Source of the DNA: Octopus vulgaris
Taxonomy: Eukaryota
Assembly: GCA_951406725.2 (NCBI GenBank)
Contig: OX597836.1
Location: 12,462,001-12,526,000, forward strand
Reading direction: 5' to 3'
DNA length: 64,000 nucleotides
Position 1 is the stretch's first letter. Every line of letters starts with the position of its first letter. Positions 54,730-64,000 of the stretch are shown piece by piece. The notes under the pieces are model-generated. The model was not told the DNA's origin. It did not search any database and saw nothing but the letters and a program-made list of their open reading frames with translations. A program made the position numbers and the translations under genes.

Positions 54730-55202
54730 ATATATATATATATGTGTGTGGAATCCTATACAGGACAGTGCTACTGATGTTTATAGCCCCAGGAAGACAT
54801 CTACCTAAATTCAGATATCTTTCTATACCTAAATAGTATATCTCCCACCTGCTGTTTTGTTCTGTGTTCACCTATATCTCCAAACACCTTTTCTTCCATG
54901 GTGTATTGGCATTCTTCATCTGTATTTGGTACACCTTAGTCTTCGGATAATTTAAGTTGATATAGATTCTGCCAAACACTCCAAACACTTCATTTGTTTA
55001 ATAAGCTCCTGCTGAGTGAAACATATGGCCATGTGTAAGCAATCAATTTAATGTGTATATATATACTTGTTATGTGTATCTATACATACTTGTTTGTTTG
55101 TGGTATTTGTATGTATATATGTGTTTGTGTGTGTACATAGTTCTGTTTTTAAATTTGTAGGATTATCTACATTGTCTTTTAATGTGCACCTTCCCAGGTT
55201 TC

Positions 55203-55247
<45 letters not shown>

Positions 55248-55604
55248 TACAAATATATATATATATATATATATACACATACACATGCATAAATATATCT
55301 GTACGTAGTTATTTGTACATGTGAATGAATACACATTGTGTAGCAAATAATGTAATTTGAATATAGGAATCGATTAAACCGTTCAACAGGGAAGAATCTA
55401 CAAACCTCTTGCTACAAGAAAGATGCCTGATTTAATTAATACTGTTTATGTGGAGAAATTCAATTAAAGTTGTTTATGTAAAATATTACACCCTTATTTT
55501 ATATACATCCCCATGTGCTAGCATGCTATCTTAAAGGTAACGGTGTAGTAAATTGATGCTTTATTTCATTAAGGATGACCTTTTGTGTGTGTCTCTGTGT
55601 GTTT

Positions 55605-56163
55605 GTGTGACTAATGGCATAGACGCGTGTGACTGATGAGTTAATTAGAATATGTTGTGACTGATGGCATAGTTATATGATGTGTGTGGCTGATGATTTA
55701 GTTATAAAATGTATGTGATTTATGACTTAGTTATAAGCTGTTGTATGTGACTGATGACATAATAAGATGATTTGTGTGACTAATAAGATATTTTGTTTGA
55801 CAAATGATTTATTTATACAGTGTTTTTGTTACTGATGAATTAGTTATGTTTTGTTTGACTTATGACTTAGTCATCAGTCACACAAATTGTGAAATAACTA
55901 AGTTATAAGGTGTTTTGCTTGACTGATGACTTAGAAAATGTTTATTTACTTTGTGACTTAGTTATGTTTTGTATGACTGGTGACATAGTTTTAAGGTATC
56001 TTTTGACTAATGACAAATTTCCGTGATGTTTTGTTTGACTAATGACTGTTACAAAATCCTTCACTGCTGATTTGATTATAGAGAATTTGTTCAACTGATG
56101 ACTAATCTCAAAGTCACTCTGTTTGACTAATGACTTGTGTTGTTTGACTAATGACTTAGTCAC
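55605..56163. repeat. Degenerate ~30-bp minisatellite with TGACTRATGAC core
   Basis: More than a dozen periodic tgact(g/a)atga(c) cores; one inverted unit near 55866. Confidence 0.8.
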
Positions 56164-56584
56164 AAAACTAATATTTCATTCAATTACCAACTTAATTACG
56201 TTTCCTTTGACACAAGATATCAAATATCACAAATTAAAAATCCATGCTTTTAATTAAACCTGAGGCAAGGTAGTTGACTCAACTCACTTAAAGTTAAACC
56301 TAGGGGCCACTTTCCCCTATTTCACACCCAGTCATACAGACGAAATCGTCTTTTAAATGTCATTTATCGCTTCGTTAAGACAACAATTTAATTACGCACA
56401 CCATTCTCAGTCTTGCCACTAATTACACTTTAGATTTGCCTTTAAAATCTTATTAAATTACCAATTACTTTGTATGTCAATCATTCATATATATTTCTCA
56501 TTGTTGTTGTTATTTGAAATCATATAATTATTCTACATTTATGAAATTAGCCATTAGGAAAAAAAAAATTAATAAAACTGATCG

Positions 56585-56745
56585 CAGGAGTGGCTGTGTG
56601 GTAAGTAGCTTGCTAACCAACCACATGGTTCCGGGTTCAGTCCCACTGCGTGGCATCTTGGGCAAGTGTCTTCTGCTATAGCCCCGGGCCGACCAATGCC
56701 TTGTGAGTGGATTTGGTAGACGGAAACTGAAAGAAGCCTGTCGTA

Positions 56746-56810
<65 letters not shown>

Positions 56811-57031
56811 ATATATGTGTTTGTGTGTCTGTGTTTGTCCCCCTAGCATTGCTTGACAACCGATGCTGGTGTGTTTATGTCACCGTCACTTAGCGGTTCG
56901 GCAAAAAGAGACCGATAGAATAAGTACTGGGCTTACAAAAGAATAAGTCCCGGGGTCGAGTTGCTCGACTAAAGGCGGTGCTCCAGCATGGCCACAGTCA
57001 ACTGACTGAAACAAGTAAAAGAGTAAAAGAG
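56585..57031 (+). mobile_element. SINE family A, young, with 12-bp TSD
   Basis: TSD taaaactgatcg at 56573-56584 and 57032-57043. Confidence 0.93.
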
Positions 57032-57060
57032 TAAAACTGATCGTGTGTGTGTATGTGTGT

Positions 57061-57530
57061 CATCATCATCGTTTAACGTCCGCTTCCAAGCTAGCATGGG
57101 TTGAACGATTTGACTGAGGTCTGGCGAACCAGATGGCTGCACCGGACTCCAATCTTGATCTGGCAGAGTTTCTACAGCTGGATGCCCTTCCTAGCGCCAA
57201 CCACTCCGAGAGTGTAGTGGGTGCTTTTACATGCCACCAGCACGAGGGCCAGAGGTCGACTTTGCCTTTCATCCTTTCGGGGTCGATAAATTAAGTACCA
57301 GTTACGCACTGGGGTCGATGTAATCGACTTAATACCTATGTCTGTCCTTGTTTGTCCCCTCTCTGTTTGGCCCCTTGTGGGTAATAAAGAAATAGGTACT
57401 GGAAACGGCCACGCTCAAATGGTGCTTTTTATGTGCCACCTGCACAGGAGCCAGTCCAGCGGCACTGGCAACGACTTCACTCGAATGTTTTTTTCACGTG
57501 CCACCAGCACAAGTGCCAGTAAGGCGACGC
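57061..57530 (-). mobile_element. Family C element interrupted by a 5'-truncated family B copy (+, 57252-57394)
   Basis: Family C motifs lie on both sides of the B central domain and long tail. Confidence 0.8.
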
Positions 57531-59182
57531 TGATATAAATGTGTATGTATGTGTATATGTGTGTGTCTGTGAGGATGCGTGGCCTTGTGGTTAGGGTGTT
57601 GCACTCAGGATCACAAGATCCTCGTTTCAATTCTAAATTCCTCGACCATATGCCACCATATTTCATAGCATATAAGACCCTTTTTTCCCCTCAAAAAAAC
57701 AATAATTCAAAAGCTTTCCCTGGACCTTAGAATGTGAAGTTAGACCTCACTTCTGTTAAGCTTTGTTTTGGTTTTTTTTTTTTTTGGAGGGTTTTTTTTT
57801 ATTTTTAGCTTTTTATATTCAGTGAATTCCACATCATTTACTGTCACCTCCACCACCACCCTACCACCACCATCAACACCACCACCACCATCAACTCCAC
57901 CACCACCATCTTGCACTATCACCACCACCATCAGCACTACCACCACCATCACCACTACCACCACCATCACCACTACCGTTACCATCACAATGACCACCAC
58001 CACCTCCACCATCATGACCACCACCACCTTCACCGTCAACACCACCTTCACTGCCATCATCATTCCAAGTTTGTAACTTCTCAAACTTATTCTAATCACT
58101 TTTTTTTTTAAACTTTCAAAATTTTCTCTGATGTTGTTGCTGTTGTTGTTGTTGTTGTTGTTGTGATTTTTCTTTTTGTTTATTTATCCAGTTTGATTTA
58201 TATTCAAAACATCTTCCTTCCTCATTACAAATCCACATATTTTTTTTCATTATTTTTTACCATTATTTCTGTCTCCCTCTCCCTCTCTCTCTCTTTCTTG
58301 CTCTCCCTCTTTCTTGCTCTCCCTCTCTCTCTCTTTCTTGCTCTCCCTCTTTCTTTCTCTCCCCTTTTCTCTCTTTCTCTCCTTCATTCTTCATTGCTCT
58401 CTTCTTTTTCCTCTTCTGAGTCTTTTACATTTTGTTGTTGTAGAAGATTGTAAAAAAAAGCCCACAAATAACGACAACAACAACAACTATAATAATGATG
58501 ATAATAATAATAATGACAATAATAACAACAACAACAATAATGATAATAATAAAAGCAATGATGATGATGATGATGATGATGATGAAGAAGGTTACACACT
58601 TTCTCAGAATTCAAACTTATCTTGTCGAAACAGAAAATATGTTGGCTTGAAAATACCAAAGTGTGGTTTTGGTTTTGCTTTGAAAAAATTTTTTACACAA
58701 GTTTCAAATGTATTTCTTGAATATAAAAAAAATAAAATAAAATAAAACAATAATAATAATAAGAAGAAGAAGAAGAAGAAGAAATAATAAATAAATAAAA
58801 ACAGAAAGATAGTTACGAAAAAGGAAAAGAGAGAAGGAGAGAGAAAGCAAGGTTTAATAAAAATCCTGAAAGTCAATTTTTATTTTATTTTATTTTATTT
58901 TATTTTATTTTATTTTTAAATTTAAAAAAAAACTTAGGACAACATCAGGTTTTGATTTTATATGTAATTTTTTTCTTTATGCTTTTTGTTTGTTTTTTTT
59001 TCCCTTTTTAGTTTTTTTCTTTTTTTTTTTGCTGTTGTGTTTTTTTAATCTTTCCAAAAAGTTAGTGAAGGAATAGTTTTGATTCATTTGCCAGTTCCTT
59101 GTTTTAGTTTTGTCTTTGATTTTTACTTTTATTTATTTGTTATTTATATATTTATTCATTTATTTACTCTCTCTCTCCTTCT

Positions 59183-59223
<41 letters not shown>

Positions 59224-59351
59224 AGGACACAACGCACTTTGAAATACATTCCTGCGAAAGCTGGAATCGCATAACACTTCGAAATGTTTCCGGGTGCAAT
59301 GTCTATATCTATCTTCTTGTTTTGGTTTATCTTCAACACCGGAACACGTTC

Positions 59352-59590
59352 CCCCCACCCACACACCCACCCCATGCCACCACCCACACACCCACCCCAT
59401 GCCACCACCCACACACCCACCCCCATGCCACCACCCACACACCCACCCCATGCCACCACCCACACACCCACCCCCATGCCACCACCCACACACCCACCCC
59501 ATGCCACCACCCACACACCCACCCCCATGCCACCACCCACACACCCACCCCCATGCCACCACCCACACACCCACCCCATGCCACCACCCA
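59352..59590. repeat. 25/26-bp C-rich minisatellite (ccaccacccacacacccacccc(c)atg)
   Basis: About 9 near-perfect units; the source of the PPTH/GGW ORFs. Confidence 0.95.
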
Positions 59591-59948
59591 GCATATGTGC
59601 TCATAAGTTGGAAATTCTTCTGGATTTGGCTTACAATATTTTTCTCACCCCAATCTAATGTATTCATTGCCTCCATTTTTTGATACAAAATTTTAATCTA
59701 CCTTCTGCCCCTCATCTCTTAGCATGAATTTGCCTTCACCACCCCCAGGTTCATAGTCTTGCACACTACATGACGGCCTCGCTAGTGTTATAAAGTGTGT
59801 TTGGTGTTAGGAATGGCATCTAGCTGTAGGCATCACGCCAAACCACTTACCAGAATATGGTGCTGTCCTTGGGCCCATCAGATTTTGTTGAACTAGCCAA
59901 CTTGTACCAAAATTATTATCTATTATTATTATTATTATTATTATTATT

Positions 59949-60505
59949 GAGTGAGAGAGCAGTTCATGCCATCAAAGTGACACTGGGGTAAAATATACGA
60001 AGCCCAATATACCCATCATGACTACCCGTCTGATAAGGGTACACCAGGCACATGCATCACAACCATATGTGCGCGACATGGTGATCTCATATCAAGGTAA
60101 ACAGCACATGACCTTGCAGGTGGGGCCCAGTTAGAATTTTCTTCAGGTCGAATAGCCCATTCCACTCAAAAGGTCCCTGAATAAGGGTTGTTTAAGGATG
60201 TTGAAAGAACCACCCATGTTTCCAGAGGTGAATTATTCAAACCCCAAAGAATCCCTCTCAACACATGGCTATGATGCTCCCCACTACTTCTGCTCGTGAT
60301 CAGAGATGCACATATCGTCAGCCACTAAGGGACATGCTCAAGTGGTTAAGGTCAAACAACTGACAAGCAAATCTGTGGTATTGAGTAGAATATTTGCTGT
60401 AGCCCATCTTTTATACCAAGACAAAACAATGTACATGATGACACTTCCAATCAGTTAAGATCAGAAGCCATGAGAGCCACTGCCTGGTACTGCATCAGGG
60501 CATTT
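59949..60505. mobile_element. Probable ~555-bp interspersed element inserted in an (ATT)n tract
   Basis: Complex, higher-GC block with sharp edges, flanked on both sides by (ATT)n. Only one copy in the window, so the class is unresolved. Confidence 0.45.
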
Positions 60506-61789
60506 ATTATTATTATTATTATTAATATTATTATTGTTATTATTATTAAACTCTGCTTGCAAAGACCTGTTGAGGCAAGTGAAATCGAAATCAAATTCGA
60601 TGACTGGCATCCGTGCTAGTGGAGTGCTAAGAGCACCATCCAAGCGTGATCGTTGCCAGAGCAGCTAACTGGCACGCAATGGGACTGAACCCAAAACCAT
60701 ATGGTTGGGAAGCAAGCTTCTTACCACACAGCCACGCATGCACCTATAGTTCCCAAAAAAAAAAAAAAAAGTATCGAAAGTGTTTATAAACATAAAATTT
60801 TGATAAATATTTCTTCTCCAATGGATATCTAATCTTGTCTCTGAATGACCTACTGACCTACGGCCAATTTGTTTGTTCTCAAACTACATCTAGTTTTGAC
60901 ACCCGGCTGATCTACTAACCCTGTTCCTGTATTGTTATCTGAGAGTGTCAGGTGTGAACATATTTTTACTTTATATCTTACCTTCCATGAACAATAGCTG
61001 TTTGTTTATATGTCTGTCTGTCTGTCTGTGTGTCTATCGGTGGTTGTAGATTTCTTATGAACCAATCAGCTGGCTCTTTTGTGTTTGCCTGCTAAGAATA
61101 ACAAAAGAGATGGACAAAATACCACCAGGTACTTTTTGTTGTTGTTGTTGTTGTCGTTGTTCAGAAGTACTGGTTTATTAGTTTATGTACAGATGTATCT
61201 ATTCCACTGGACGGCACCTTAAGCAAGTATCTTCATTTATAGAATTTCATAGGTAGAATCGTTGATAGAATTGTCAGGTTGTTGGAAAATGTTTCCTCTG
61301 GCTCTTAAGTTCCGAGATCAAATCCTGCCAAGATTAAATTTTACATTGTCATCCCGCAAAGGTTCATAAAATAAAGTACCAGTCAAGTACTGGGGCTAAT
61401 GTTATCAACTATGCCCCCCCCCACACACACACACCACCAAAAAAGAAAATGCAGGCCTTGTGCATACCTAGAAAGGATTATTATTCCTTACAAAGCCAAT
61501 TCCTTACAAAAGAATTTGGTAGGCAGATACTGAGTATGTAGAAACCCATTGTGTGTGTGTGTGTGTTCACTCACTGCTTGATAATCAGCCCCAGTTCATT
61601 TACACCCTTATTAATTAGCAGTTCTATGAAAGAAACCAATAGGATAACTACCAGTCTTGAAATAAGCACTGGCGCTCCAGTATGGTCGCTTACTTATGAC
61701 AGGAACAAGTGGAAGAGTATCTTCAATGCTTTTCAGAACATATCATCATCATCGTCGTCGTATTTATCCTACCTTTTGTGAACAGTCAG

Positions 61790-62106
61790 CATTGCCGGTG
61801 GCACGTAAAAAGCACCATCCGATCGTGTCCGTTGCCAGCCTCGCCTGGCCCCCGTGCCGGTGGCATGTAAAAAGCACCATCCGAACGTGGCCGTTTGCCA
61901 GCCTCGTCTGGCACCTGTGCTGGTGGCACGTAAAAAGCACTCACTACACTCTCGGAGTGGTTGGCGTTAGGAAGGGCATCCAGCCGTAGAAACATACTGC
62001 CAGACAGACTGGGCCTGTGTGCAGCCTTCTGGCACTTCCCTGTTATCTCCCGTTGAACCATCCAACCCATGCTAGCATGGAAAGCGGACACTAAATGATG
62101 ATGATG
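61790..62106 (+). mobile_element. Family C element with tandem ~62-bp 5' subunits
   Basis: ggtggca.gtaaaaagcac occurs three times at ~62-bp spacing, followed by the family C body and (GAT)n tail. Confidence 0.85.
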
Positions 62107-62194
62107 AAGCTGAGATGATTCGAAAACACAACACCTAATAAGCTAACAGCATATCTTTGGTCGGCCGAAGGCTACAGTAGAAACCTTCCTGTTA

Positions 62195-62231
<37 letters not shown>

Positions 62232-63224
62232 TTCTTTTGGCATTTCCTTTCGGGGTCGATAAAATAAGTACCAGTTGAACACAGGGGTCGATATAATTGA
62301 CAAATCCCCACCTCCCGCATGTGGTAAAAATTTGAATAATTTGTCTCAGGAGAGGGGTTTATTTATAACAATCAGGCTCCTACATTAAGGGCTCCGTCAC
62401 AGTTTTACCAAGAAGACATGCGTTTGGTTTGTCTCGTAATTAGATTTAAATGTGTGCAATTCTTGCACACATTCATCACTATACTGGTTCCCCAGTGACA
62501 TTATCTCACCATGGAAACAGTGGGGCGGAAACGTAGGGATGAGGTCAGGGGAAGTAGGCAAGGCCTGCTATTATTTCTTTTTTTTTTTTTTTTTTTTTTT
62601 GATGACATCTTTCTGAATTCTTCACACCTTTTGACCTTGTCTCCTTAACTTTCTTGGAAATCTCATTTGTTCCGCCTTGTTGCCTTGTTTCATTTCGCTG
62701 GCTCCCTACTCAATCATAGAACACAGGAAAAAACTTGTAACAATTCTTTCAGCCATTCTAGACACCCATTTATTTTTTGTTATTTTTTATTATCCCCCAC
62801 CACCACGACCATCACCACCACCAGCCACCATTCCTTGCTTTCTTCTATTATCAAGTTGGAAATCTGATAAGCTTGATGTAGCTTTCATCTATTGTCATCA
62901 AAGCAGTGAGCTGGAAGAATTATTCGAAGTATCAAAGGAAACACTTAGTGCCATTTTCTTCTGGCTCTTTGCATTCTAGGTTCAATCTCCGCCGAGGTCG
63001 ACTCTATCTTTCATCCATTCAGGGTCCGTAAAATAAAATACCAGTTGAGCACTGGAGTTGATGTAATCAACCAAATCCCACCCTGTGCCAAAATTATTAC
63101 CATTACGTATTTTATTAATATTCGGCAGAAGTAGCAGAGTTACTCCAGGGCCAAGAGTTTCGTGCTTATCAGATTAACACTCAAAACTCTTGGCCCTTGA
63201 GTCTTTCCTTTTTTTTTTTCGGCT

Positions 63225-63755
63225 CTAAGCACAAGACCTGAAATTTGATTGACCCCAGTACACAACTGGTACTTAATTTATCAAGAATGAAAGGCAAAAC
63301 CAACCTCAGCGGAATTTGAACACAGAATGTAAAGACAGACAAAATACCTATTTCTTTACTGCCCACAAGGGGCTACACACAGGGAGGACAAACAAGGACA
63401 GACAAACAGATTAAGTCGATTATATCGACCCCAGTGCATAACAGGTACTTATTTAATCGACCCTGAAAGGATGAAAGGCAAAGTCGACCTCGGCAGAATT
63501 TGAACTCAAACCGTAAAGACAGACAAAATACCTATTTCTTTACTACCCACAAGGGGCCACACACAGGGAGGACAAACAAGGACAGACAAACAGATTAAGT
63601 CGACCCCAGTGCATAACAGGTACTTATTTAATCGACCCTGAAAGGATGAAAGGCAAAGTCGACCTCAGTGTAATTTGAACTCAGAACGTAACAGCAGATG
63701 AAATACCACTAAGCATTTCGCCCGGCGTGCTAACGTTTCTGCCAGCTTGCCACCT
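63225..63755 (-). mobile_element. SINE family B trimer
   Basis: One head and three central domains; two aaagaaata|ggtattttgtctg junctions on the minus strand. Confidence 0.85.
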
Positions 63756-63949
63756 TTCAGTCTCTCTATTACTACTTCTTTCTACCAAATACTCTCTTGT
63801 TTCAGTCATTTGACTGTGGCCATGCTGGAGCACTGCATTTAGTTGAGCAAATCGACCCCAGGACTTTGTAAGCCTAGTACTTATTCTATCGGTCACTCTT
63901 GCCGAACTGCTTGGTGACGGGGACATAATGTTAATAAAAGGTGCATGTC

Positions 63950-63984
<35 letters not shown>

Positions 63985-64000
63985 CCCCACTCGAACACAA

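Noticed and set aside
60445-60505. Faint resemblance to U2 snRNA segments (atcagttaagatc, cctggtactgca)
   Set aside because: The matches are too short and wrongly spaced, with no branch-point-pairing region or Sm site.

Overview
AT-rich, microsatellite-saturated eukaryotic DNA, most likely octopus or another coleoid cephalopod (inferred from the repeat landscape, not proven). The only host coding sequence I can support is one 75-nt exon (16510-16584, +) of an exostosin-1 (EXT1/tout-velu) gene, encoding [25 protein letters not shown]. The rest of the window is therefore probably two very large introns (>16 kb upstream, >47 kb downstream). Almost all ORFs in the supplied track are microsatellite or SINE artefacts. 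The introns hold several SINE-like families (my labels A-D, F, H), TTAA-flanked and mariner-like MITEs, a Helentron-type non-autonomous element, short RTE and CR1 LINE 3' fragments, and several minisatellites. The main unexplained signal is a set of minimal hammerhead-ribozyme motifs in at least four unrelated short elements, several with fold-back ends typical of Penelope-like elements. One family fuses a tRNA-derived Pol III head to a hammerhead-bearing tail. A second signal is that one SINE family joins its tail to GGTA at most junctions, producing dimers and trimers. Repeat boundaries are approximate and were read by eye.
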